DNA of 63,359 bases, filler included, from Octopus bimaculoides (lineage: Eukaryota): assembly GCF_001194135.2 (NCBI RefSeq). It is 8 parts of 7 records of this genome, joined end to end, with 100 filler letters (N's around TTAATTAATTAA, not from the genome) between each part and the next. Parts side by side here need not be neighbours in the genome. Positions count along the whole stretch, not along the records: positions 40,295 to 46,726 come from NC_068999.1; positions 46,827 to 50,210 come from NC_069004.1; positions 50,311 to 63,359 come from NC_068987.1; 5 more parts are not named here. One strand, given 5' to 3'. A program made the position numbers and the translations under genes. Shown here piece by piece: positions 41,080-51,883 of this stretch (the first letter of the stretch is position 1; each line of letters opens with the position of its first letter). The notes under the pieces were generated by a model, which made no database searches, was not told the DNA's origin, and worked only from the letters and a program-made list of their open reading frames with translations.

Positions 41080-41540
41080 NNNNNNNNNNNNNNNNNNNNN
41101 NNNNNNNNNNNNNNNNNNNNNNNNNNNNNNNNNNNNNNNNNNNNNNNNNNNNNNNNNNNNNNNNNNNNNNNNNNNNNNNNNNNNNNNNNNNNNNNNNNNN
41201 NNNNNNNNNNNNNNNNNNNNNNNNNNNNNNNNNNNNNNNNNNNNNNNNNNNNNNNNNNNNNNNNNNNNNNNNNNNNNNNNNNNNNNNNNNNNNNNNNNNN
41301 NNNNNNNNNNNNNNNNNNNNNNNNNNNNNNNNNNNNNNNNNNNNNNNNNNNNNNNNNNNNNNNNNNNNNNNNNNNNNNNNNNNNNNNNNNNNNNNNNNNN
41401 NNNNNNNNNNNNNNNNNNNNNNNNNNNNNNNNNNCTGTGTCCTGTTTGCCAAGGGAGTTATCCCTCTCACCTCGGCCAGCAGCACGAACGTATCCGGATT
41501 TCAGGGTTATTTCCCTTCGTCGGCGTTCGACAGCTGATGA

Positions 41541-41578
<38 letters not shown>

Positions 41579-41579
<1 letters not shown>

Positions 41580-41740
41580 GCGCAAGATTGGCTGTGTGTT
41601 AAGTAGCTTGCGTACCAACCACATGCGCCTTTGCATTTTATCCTTTTGGGGTCGATAAAATAAGTACTAGTGGATCCATGGGATCGATGTAAACGACTTT
41701 CCCTCTTCCCCAAAATTGCTGGCCTTGTCCCAAAATTTTT
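41579..41740 (+). mobile_element. Chimeric SINE: family B head fused to family A core and tail
   Basis: ggcgcaagattggctgtgtgttaagtagcttgcgtaccaaccacatg (matches the 57070 head) joined at ~41626 to gcctt..atccttttggggtcgataaaataagtac..aaaattgctggccttgtcccaaaattt. Confidence 0.7.
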
Positions 41741-43045
41741 AATCAATATTATTATATACATAACGATGACAGAGGAATGTTCGAATTGGTAGAGTTTCTG
41801 TGTAAAAGCTTTGGCTTTTTCTGTCACCATTTTTGGTGCTGCATAACTGAAGTTTCTGCCTTGTATTGGTAACCTGCAGCAGGTAAGGAAGTAATGCTCA
41901 TAGTTAAGTGGTCAGCGACTAAACCGACTCTTTACAAGACTTACCAATTAAGGAGGTTATTTCTGATCACTCAACCAGATTAGAATAAATTTAAAACTTG
42001 TCAAAAGTGGTGGAAATTCTTCTGAGTCAACGGTATCTAGATCTTGAGGAGAAAATGGGCGCCGTCAGCAAGTTACACAAAGATTTAGGAATTTACACAA
42101 AGATTTAGTTCTATACATGACCGGCTGGGGTCTAGATTCATGAAGAAATCTCAAGGTCGAAACGGGATGGAAATGGTGTGTTAAAAAATATTTTCAGGTG
42201 CTCCAATGGTAAAATCGTTATATGAACGACTGGACTTCACTTGCAAGATACTGGATGGATTTAATCCCTTACGTGTATTTTTAAACTATGGTTAATGTTT
42301 GTTGTTAGTAAACAATGTATAATTTAGGGAGAGAAAACAGAGGCCTGAAGTGCTGGTAAAAATTTGAGTAGCTAGGACAGGCTAAGTAGTAGGAAGGGAG
42401 GCGTGTATTTTTTTTTTATTTTTATTTTTATGATACTACAAAAAAAAACAGGAGGAGAAAAAGAAAGATAAGGGGAGGGTAGCTGAAAACGGATTACGAT
42501 AATAAGGCAAGGGAATATGTGAGGGAGGTAACTCTTGTTTGCATTATTTAAAGGGTAAACTGCAATTTAAACAGGCTTGCGTTTTGTGAAAGGGATGCAG
42601 AGAAACTGATAAAAGTTGATTTCATCTTTAACTACATCAAGCAAGAGTTACCTTACTTGTTATTCCTTTAACTCCCTTGATTACAATACCTTTATCTTTC
42701 TTCTATCGTTACGAATCAAGATTTCTTCTCTATTTATAGGCCCAGGATACTATATTTAAATTTTGACGTCTGTTGTTTAATTACTAGTTAAAATTACCGC
42801 TAGAAATTATCAAGGTTAGGAGTCTTGCAATTGCTGTAATTTGCAATAGATATGTTTAACCGCGCGCGTGTGTGTGGGGGGGATGTAAGTTTGTGTACAA
42901 ACACACACACACACGCACATACACATGTATATATATAAATATGTATGTATGCACAGACACACACACGAACACGCATGAATGTGTGTGCGCACGGTTGGGT
43001 GGGTTGTGTCATAGTGTTTCAAAGCATAGATGCATAGCGCGACAC

Positions 43046-43142
43046 CTTTTAGCTTTTACTTGCGGTCATGCTGGGGCAATCGAGCATGAAGCACTTTTAA
43101 ACGCGCCGGTCGATCCCAGAACTTAATTTTTAAAGCCTGGTA
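43046..43142 (-). mobile_element. SINE family B 3' end, running into a gap
   Basis: cttttacttgcggtcatgctgg...tcgatcccagaacttaatttttaaagcctggta matches 63073-63180. Confidence 0.6.
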
Positions 43143-44100
43143 NNNNNNNNNNNNNNNNNNNNNNNNNNNNNNNNNNNNNNNNNNNNNNNNNNNNNNNNNN
43201 NNNNNNNNNNNNNNNNNNNNNNNNNNNNNNNNNNNNNNNNNNNNNNNNNNNNNNNNNNNNNNNNNNNNNNNNNNNNNNNNNNNNNNNNNNNNNNNNNNNN
43301 NNNNNNNNNNNNNNNNNNNNNNNNNNNNNNNNNNNNNNNNNNNNNNNNNNNNNNNNNNNNNNNNNNNNNNNNNNNNNNNNNNNNNNNNNNNNNNNNNNNN
43401 NNNNATTCTTAATATATTAGATTTGTGTGTTTATGAGAGCGATTGATGGTGTTTGTAGGTATGTACGCGTGGTTTCACAAATATCTTAAGCATTTGGTTA
43501 CCCCGCAACCATCAAAGTTGACAAAAATACGAGCAGAAGATGGCAGCAGAGACTAGCAGCAGAAGTGGCGTCGGAGGGAGGGGTTTCTTCTGCGACAGCT
43601 GTTAGCATCAATATCATCATCATCAGCAGCAACAGTAGCAGTTTCAGCACTGATAGTAGTAGTAGTAGTAGTAGTAGTAGTAGCAGCAGCAGGAGCAGCA
43701 GTGGAGGCAACAGGCGGATCAGTAATCAGTGGCAGAGGTAATCTGAGATAGAGTGACACAGTAGCCAGGATGATGGTAACTGAGCTAGAAATAGGAATTG
43801 CTCTTTAGATATTAAGTACGTTTGTAATTACGCTCATGAATTTATTTTGCAAGATTCCTGATGTGAAATCGTGTGTTGAATCAGATATTATTGTATTTCG
43901 TAACGGTCATATTTTTTCTTTAAATAAGCACACGCACGATATATTCGTACTTCACTTATTATTATTATTATTATTCATTCATTCATTCGTCACACACCTG
44001 TGACCTCTTCAGCGAATCTACATCCCACGTGTCTCGTCGCTGAAGAGGTCACTGGGGTCTGAAGAAAGATTTCAGACAATAGACATAGAATAAGAACGGT

Positions 44101-44292
44101 AATAATCCTTTTTACTATTGGCAGAAGTCCGGAAAGTTGTGAGGAGTGCGCTAGTGGATTACATCGACTCCGGTACGCAACTGGTACTTATTTTTTCGAC
44201 ACCGAAAGGAACAAAAGGCAAAGTCGACCTCGACGGAATTTGAACACAGAACGTAACGACGGATGCAATGCCGCAAAGCATTTTACCCGGCC
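44101..44292 (-). mobile_element. SINE family A
   Basis: Reverse complement of the A body (actggtacttatttt..cgacaccgaaagga..aaaggcaaagtcgacctcgacggaatttgaacacagaacgta). Confidence 0.8.
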
Positions 44293-44670
44293 AAAGAAGT
44301 GAAGAACGAATATATAGAGCGTGTATTTAATTGGAAAGCAAAAAATGACCGTCCAGAAATATAACAAGAAGTTTGTAATACGCTGGTGTATCTCAGGCAA
44401 CATGGTTGTAGTATAGGATATAGAATAGAAAGACAACAGGGTAACGCGGTTTGTAGGAGAGGATAGGGAGGTAGAAAGGTTGATAAATAGAAAGATAGAA
44501 TATATATGTAGCATGTAATCTGCAGATAAACTTGTGAGCGATTTCAGGTCAGAGATCATTCATCAGACCTTCTTTCTTTATAATAGTCTACAAGGGAGAG
44601 AGAGGCGTGGCCTGGTGGGGCCAGTGAGGATAATGTACTGGTGTACCTCAGCCAACATGGTTATAATATA

Positions 44671-44865
44671 CGAAGCGGAGCTGTAAACTTCTTAGCTTGA
44701 AAGGCCTGGTTGGAGGTTCAAACATCCGAGTTCTTTTACAGGGCTTAGAAAAACCGAAGTGTCGTTGCAATAAGTGTGTGAATCTGAGAGGGGAATATGT
44801 TGAATAAAATCATAAATAACTGTATTTCTTTAACCCAAAGCCAGGAATATTTCAACAAACTCTCG
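44671..44865 (+). mobile_element. Mariner-derived MITE (~195 bp)
   Basis: Flanked by TA on both sides; degenerate TIRs cgaagcggagctgtaaacttcttagct / agccaggaatatttcaacaaactctcg; interior encodes the transposase C-terminus AWLEVQTSEFF...NKCVNLRGEYVE*. Confidence 0.75.
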
Positions 44866-44885
44866 TAGTCCTGGTCAAATTTTCA

Positions 44886-45000
44886 GCTCGCCGGGCAAAA
44901 TGCTTAGCGGCATTTCGTTCGTCTTTATCTTCGGGGTCAAATGGCCCCGAGGTCGAGATTGCCTTTCATTCTTTCGAGATCAATAAAAGAAGTACCAGTT
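44886..45000 (+). mobile_element. SINE family A fragment, degenerate
   Basis: cgccgggcaaaatgcttagcggcatttcg...gaggtcgagattgcctttcattctttcg...aagtaccagtt. Confidence 0.65.
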
Positions 45001-45888
45001 ATGTCAAAACTAGAAACCAATATTTAGTTATATTTATCTTTTGGCCAATGGAGAAGGAACCGGTTTCTAAACTAGATACAAGATTTCTTAATTGCAATTT
45101 CAACATTAGAAGGGTAGTTGTGCATCCTTGTCTATATATGGGCAAGTATTTGGATCATTGCAAATCCCTATCTGTATGCATTATTTTATGTATGTATACT
45201 AATACATATAGCTATACATCTAAACATATGCATATGTACGTATGTATGTGCATTGCATGTATATATAAGAACGTATGTATGCATGAATGTACGTTGTATA
45301 TATGTCTTTATGCATGTATGTATGTATGTATTTGTGTATGTTGTATGTGTGTGTATTGATGGATGGATTGATGAATGTTGCATGTATCTATGCATGTATG
45401 CATATATATGTATGGTGTATGAGCGTATATATCTGTATATGTATATATGTATGTATGTATGTGTGTATGTACCTACAAGTTCATCAATCGCAGATGCTAA
45501 ACTTGCACATTGACATCAATGAACATTTTGCCATAAAAGACGAGTAATTCACCATAGTGGCCAATTTAATCTTTAAATACAAATATTTATTTATTAATAT
45601 TATTTTCTTTATTTACTTTGGATGATACGCTTCAAGCATCTCATATTGCATGTATTTGTATATTATTTTATGCTATTTGTTATAACGAAGCTTGTTGGTT
45701 CAGATTCTGTATGTATAGATGCGTGGTGGTGGTGGCGGTGGTGGTGGCATTGGTGCCTTCGTCGGTGGTGGAAGGGTCTTTGAAATTTAGAACATGAATG
45801 AAGATGATTTAATTAAATGTCAATGCCAGGGGCATGTGAAAATTCTCACTCGCTTTTTCTCACTCACTCCCTCTTCCACTCGTATACA

Positions 45889-45890
<2 letters not shown>

Positions 45891-45975
<85 letters not shown>
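45891..45975 (+). repeat. (CT)n microsatellite
   Basis: Direct reading of the sequence. Confidence 0.95.
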
Positions 45976-45976
<1 letters not shown>

Positions 45977-46241
45977 ATCTATCTATTCCCCATCTCTCTG
46001 TCTCTTTCATAGTCTCTCACTGCTATCTCACTATATATAAATATTTATTTTTATCTGTGTAAATTTATGTATGCCAATATGTACATATGTACATGTGTAT
46101 GTAAGCATTTACATATATATATAATTACACAGACACACGCATACATACACGCGCATATATACACACACTCATATGTATATATGTACATATATCAAAAGGA
46201 TGTGCTATAACACTATTCCACATATACATATATGTTTATAT

Positions 46242-46291
<50 letters not shown>

Positions 46292-46313
46292 GTATATGCA
46301 TATNNNNNNNNNN

Positions 46314-46374
<61 letters not shown>

Positions 46375-46826
46375 CACACAAACATAGAGAGAGAAGGGAG
46401 AGAGAGGGAGAAAAAGACTCATATATACGCGTGTATCTGTGGTGCACGATGGTATGTATACGCCCAATACAATTGAGCTGTATTCTAAATACAAATCTAT
46501 GTAACAATCACCCATCTTCAAGTTAAATAAGCTATAAGCCGATAAAATGTAGTAACAGGCTGGATGAGAAGGGAAGGAAAAAAGGGAAAAAAAAGCGAAC
46601 TGATAACAGGCCCTATACACACAACGACACAATATATACCAGGTGCACCAGCGTGGCCACGGCACAAAATATTGGTTTAAAAGTGTGAGTTGAGGACAGC
46701 AGTTTCGGGCGGGATGTAAGTCGATANNNNNNNNNNNNNNNNNNNNNNNNNNNNNNNNNNNNNNNNNNNNTTAATTAATTAANNNNNNNNNNNNNNNNNN
46801 NNNNNNNNNNNNNNNNNNNNNNNNNN

Positions 46827-47680
46827 ATATTCGTCCAGGAATATGCAAACAAACCAAAGTTTATTGCCCAGACAGCCGGTGATAAGAATAGCCGTTTCCA
46901 CGGTACATTTTTAACTGCATTTTCACATTTTATTGTCTTTTTTAAGTACGAACGTTCTTCTTCACTAATAGTGGGGTGGACGTCTGGATTATCATAAACA
47001 ACATAAAACCACACACAACTAAACATGAATGATATTCCACCAAATACATAGAATATGGAACCCCATCCGTTATCAAATCCATAAACACAGAGGTAACCTG
47101 ATATTGAAAGACCTACAATACTTCCAAGGAGTTGACCTGCAAATGAAAACCCTATCAATATACCTATCTCTTGTGGAGGTCCCCAACGTCCAAATAAGGA
47201 CTGAATTGCTGGAGGCAACAGCCCCGATACTGCTCCTGTCAATATCCTTAGAACAAGCGTAATGTATCCACTAATCCGAGATAAACTTGGGTGAAGAATG
47301 GCCAGAATGGATGCTGAGAGAAGTGAAGCTCCCAGAACTCTTTTCCCACCATATTTATCTGCCAATATGCCGCCCAAAACAGTCACCATATACCCATAGA
47401 AGTACCCAGCCAACATATTGGATTGTAGTGAGTTGCTCCATTCAAACTCTCCTTCAAACGTTTGGTTCGTTGAATGATTCTCTAAACCTGAACAATGTTG
47501 ATCGTTTGTAGTATTGTTAACTTCCTCAGTTGTACGATTGGGTGTTTTCAACATGCATACAAAAGCCATACTTAGATCAACTCTTAAAGTTTGAAGCAGA
47601 AGAAAAGCCATACCACAAGCATAGCATAATCTCCATCGACACGAATAATAACGCTTCAGTTCGTTGGTAAATTTCGACAT
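46827..47680 (-). CDS. SLC17A5-like: Sialin-like SLC17 / anion:cation symporter (MFS) transporter, N-terminal 284 aa; partial, runs into an assembly gap
   Basis: Stop-free non-repetitive frame from ATG at 47680 (MSKFT..). Family motifs: LRVDLSMAFVCM (TM1), N-sequon-rich lumenal loop, FEWS...Q..MLAGYFYGY, GGILADKYGGKRV, LRILTG, RWGPPQE, GWGSIFYVFG, YDNPDVHPTISEEERSYL, VPWKRLFLSPAVWAI. Leu at the VGLUT H128 position and Tyr at the VGLUT R322 position point to a sialin-type rather than VGLUT-type protein. Orthology is not established; the frame is also open upstream to the gap at 47781, so the true start may differ. Confidence 0.9.
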
Positions 47681-47881
47681 TATTGCGTTTCTTTTTACTG
47701 TTTCTTCATAAAGTTGTGCTTGATGTTTGGTGTCCGAAGGTATATTAGTCCATGTGCATTGTAAGTCCAAAATGTTTAAAGNNNNNNNNNNNNNNNNNNN
47801 NNNNNNNNNNNNNNNNNNNNNNNNNNNNNNNNNNNNNNNNNNNNNNNNNNNNNNNNNNNNNNNNNNNNNNNNNNNNNNNNN

Positions 47882-48148
47882 CTGCAACACCAAGGCCGAG
47901 CTGGTGACCAAGATCAATAATGTATTTGAAGATCTTCCTAGAGACACAATGAGGAACGCATACACCATGTTCCGGAGCTCTGTTGAGGCTGTTACGAAAG
48001 CTAATAAAGGCTAACTTTTAATAAAATGTTATTTCTCAGCCATTATCTAGTTGATATTTTTTATATTTTTTAAATTACTGTTATTTTTGGATTGGATATT
48101 GTATTTTCTTGTCCTTTATGCAAAGCGTCAAATTTAATCTGAACACCG
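47882..48148 (+). mobile_element. Tc1/mariner-superfamily element, 3' end (transposase C-terminus plus TIR)
   Basis: CNTKAELVTKINNVFEDLPRDTMRNAYTMFRSSVEAVTKANKG* resembles the ...L...I...F..L.....C..F..R.EAV..A.GG C-terminus; ends aatttaatctgaacaccg-TA. Confidence 0.65.
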
Positions 48149-48695
48149 TATATGCGCATGTGCAAGTCAGTATACATAATGCCTTATCTAATTAGGTATT
48201 TTTATGATTTAGGCTGAATGAAAATAATGTAACAGACGACTGATTCCCCAGTATAATTATATGTATAATTTATTCCTTTACATGTGTTCACAAAGAATAT
48301 TCTTAGTTTTCAAGTAACTTTAGGATCATATATTTCTTGACACTGTAGATTTATTACATATACACAATATAATTGAAGAAGACAGCGTTTCATAATTTTT
48401 GACGAAGTCTACCACAAACTTGGTATTCCAAGGATTACTGAACGGCAGCAATTAAATCGTGTGCAATTATGTCGCCAGAGGATTCACATGACATGAAGGC
48501 AGTCATGGCAGAGTGAAAGGAACGAAATATAGGAGAGAATTTGTTCAGATTCCGTTGCAGGCTGACATAAGAGCGACTACCTGTTTTATTGTGTATGAGG
48601 AGCTAGGACAGACATGAGGAAGATGACAAAGAAACGGTAAGTAAAAAAAAGAGGAACAAACCCACACGCACACACGCTCACGCACACTGAAACAC

Positions 48696-48768
<73 letters not shown>

Positions 48769-49103
48769 GTAACAACAAAAGAATGAGACCTCGATATCAG
48801 ATAAATAGAAGATTATTTATATNNNNNNNNNNNNNNNNNNNNNNNNNNNNNNNNNNNNNNNNNNNNNNNNNNNNNNNNNNNNNNNNNNNNNNNNNNNNNN
48901 NNNNNNNNNNNNNNNNNNNNNNNNNNNNNNNNNNNNNNNNNNNNNNNNNNNNNNNNNNNNNNNNNNNNNNNNNNNNNNNNNNNNNNNNNNNNNNNNNNNN
49001 NNNNNNNNNNNNNNNNNNNNNNNNNNNNNNNNNNNNNNNNNNNNNNNNNNNNNNNNNNNNNNNNNNNNNNNNNNNNNNNNNNNNNNNNNNNNNNNNNNNN
49101 NNN

Positions 49104-49139
<36 letters not shown>

Positions 49140-50177
49140 TTAATAATAGTTTCCAGTGATAACAATTATCCCTTCGAGTATATCAGCCAGAAAAATTCGC
49201 GATGTACCAAGTGCGTGATAGGGGAACCGCTATATGGTGAGGGATTACTCTATAATGTATTTATTCTCAAGATATTATAACGTAAATTTATACGCTTGTA
49301 ATATATTTCATATTTGATGCTTCATTATACAAAGTTGTTTTTCTTCTTGTTTTCGTTTGTTTTTATTGCCGTTTAGCGTTATGTAATCCGTACAACGCCT
49401 GGCCGGCGACCGACTTCGTTCGAACTATGATCACCCCTTGTTCGATAATATTCAATGTATCTATTGCATTTGGTGTAACTAGCACTTAATGATCCGGTAA
49501 GACAAAATACGATTTTTAAAAAAAGGCATTTAACTTGCTTATCAACATCATAGCAGAGTAACCTCCAAATACCTTAGGATAAAAAATCTGATATCACCAA
49601 TAACACATTACCAATCTAATAGATTTTGCACACTTCTAACTCGTTTTACAGATGAATGAGAAGAGTTCGGAGGAAAACATAAATATTGACGCTGTAAAGA
49701 CGACACTTATTCACATTTACTGAATCTTTATTATTTTCCCATGTTTACCCCTACCTGATACGTGGCCGATGATAACCGATGTTATGACTGCCTCTATCAT
49801 TTAGTAGTAAATATCTTCATTTCAATCCGTTGAAAATGTATAATTCACTAATTGAGCAAATTACTTAGGACTTCAATGGTAATCGTCACTAATATATTTA
49901 CACGAGTTTTCTAAATGCATTCGGTTCTCTTCATTAAAATTCTTTCGTTCCATAAACGCAGAACAGACCATTAATACAGCGTGTTTGAGTAGCTATATAT
50001 GAATTGTGTATCATATATTTTAATTACTGTTATGATAACAGCATTATGTCTCTGTAGGGTGTGTGAGAGATAGAGATAGAGAGAGAGATAGAGAAAGAGA
50101 ATCTATATACGAATTAATTACACATATATCTGTTAAACTTATGATTTAGTAGTTAGTTTTGCTGTAACGTTACACGC

Positions 50178-50210
<33 letters not shown>

Positions 50211-50310
50211 NNNNNNNNNNNNNNNNNNNNNNNNNNNNNNNNNNNNNNNNNNNNTTAATTAATTAANNNNNNNNNNNNNNNNNNNNNNNNNNNNNNNNNN
50301 NNNNNNNNNN

Positions 50311-50477
50311 AACTGAGCAAGTATAAAGATCTTGAAATAGAAATTAGCAAAATGTTGAACCTGGAGACTGCAACAATACCTGTTGTCATAGGTGCCCTAG
50401 GAATGATAGCAAAAGGGGCTGTTTGCTACCTAGCTCAGATACCAGGAAACCCCAAAATGGCAGAAATTCAAAAGATA
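50311..50477 (+). pseudogene. R4/Dong-type LINE, C-terminal restriction-like endonuclease fragment
   Basis: LSKYKDLEIEISKMLNLETATIPVVIGALGMIAKGAVCYLAQIPGNPKMAEIQKI, containing the K..KY..L and P.V.GALG motifs. Confidence 0.8.
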
Positions 50478-51610
50478 AACTGTGGCGAGTCAGTGCTTTT
50501 ATCAATGTGCTATTTAGAGTAATTTGTTCTGAGAGCTTGATCTTGAGCGCTGCACACTAATGCCTCAGTGGGCCCTTTTTAGTCTCTTTTCTGAAATCAT
50601 TGCCAGCTTCTATTCCAATCAATCTCATCTTTATTCTTCAAGAACTGACAGTGCATTTCATGTCCTGTCAAATTTTCTCCATCTGCTCTCTTTGGTCTTT
50701 CATAAATTGTGTTGGATCTACGGCTTCGTCTACTTTTAAGGTTCCCTGCATTTTCCCTGCTTCAATCATTTCTTCTTTACTCCCCTTGACATACCAAGCC
50801 AAGCTATTCTCCTCTTCCCTCACACAACCTTCAAAACACACTAATCCCCGTCCTCCTTCCCTCCTCTTTACATACAATCTTGACTCATCACCCTTGGGGG
50901 TGTAGTTCCTTGTTCATCATCATTAATTTACGTGTTCTCCAGTCTATTTGTTATGATTCATGCTTCTTCCAAGATGCTATTCCTGCCTCATATTTCATCA
51001 AACCAACAACCCACGTGTTAATTGCTCTAATCTTAAAGCGGCCATTTAGCTTTGATTGGAACACAAGCCAAGTTCTCCTCAAATACTCTTTCCTGTACAT
51101 TTCTTTCGTCTTGTGTTCATTCATCTTATCTCTTTCAATGATACCCAGGTACTTATATCTTTCCTCTCCGATTTCCTTTATAGTTTCATCACTTTCCAGC
51201 TTGATCCCATGGCTATTACTGATCTTCTCCCTTTTGAGAATCATTACACCACATTTCTCGATCCCAAATTCCATGCCAATATCTTTGCTAATCATCTGCA
51301 CAGTTGCCGTCAAACTCTCAATTTCTTTCTCAGTCTTAGTGAATAGCTTTAGGTCATCCATAAACCACAGGTTGTCTACTTTCACCCTGCCTAGCATGTA
51401 CTCCACATGCATCTTTCTTAAAACACTGGTTATTGGCAGTATGCAGACAACAATTAGGAGAGGCGACAGACTGTCCCCTTGAAAGATTCCTCTTTTGATA
51501 TTTACTTCTCCTAGTTTATCTCCCCATGTTGTGAGTTCAGTTCGCCACGTTGCCATTGAGGTTCGTATTAGCTTCAGGATATTGTATGAGACCTTAAGCA
51601 GTTTAAGGCA
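50478..51610 (-). pseudogene. R4/Dong-type non-LTR retrotransposon, RT/thumb fragment, 5'-truncated
   Basis: GIFQGDSLSPLL, FMDDLKL, KCG.M, YKYLG, SKLNG..KIRAINTW, LHPKGD..RLYV.R.EGGRGL, TEAL.CSAQDQALRTNY..HID...SP; scattered stops; ends just before the expected zinc knuckle. Confidence 0.9.
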
Positions 51611-51701
<91 letters not shown>

Positions 51702-51703
51702 AA

Positions 51704-51883
51704 GGCGGTGAGCTGGCAGAATAGTTAGCATGCTGGACGTTCTGAGTTCAAATTCCGCCGAGGTCGACTTTGCCTTTCATCCTTTCGGAGTCGATAAAAT
51801 AAATACCAGTTGAACATTGGGATCGATGTAATCGACTCATCTCCTCCCCTCAAATTACTTCCCTTGTGTCAAAATTTGAAACC
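51704..51883 (+). mobile_element. SINE family A with internal deletion
   Basis: ggcggtgagctggcagaatagttagcatgctggacg|ttctgagttc lacks the ~30-nt aaatgcttagcggtatttcgtc segment; tail aaaatttgaaacc-(ATT)n. Confidence 0.88.

Noticed and set aside
42140-42175. catgaagaaatctcaaggtcgaaacg as a second hammerhead
   Set aside because: The core is CATGAAGA rather than CTGANGA and there is no stem II. Other CTGANGA hits (22027, 44560 on minus, 54467, 61436) also lack a stem II plus GAAA.
46775-47968. 397-aa ORF as given in the track
   Set aside because: It starts inside a transposon remnant and crosses two gaps; only 47781-46827 is real sequence, and the CDS was called from ATG 47680.
50880-51482. Plus-strand 200-aa and 101-aa (50600-50905) ORFs
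   Set aside because: Antisense shadows of the LINE RT frame.
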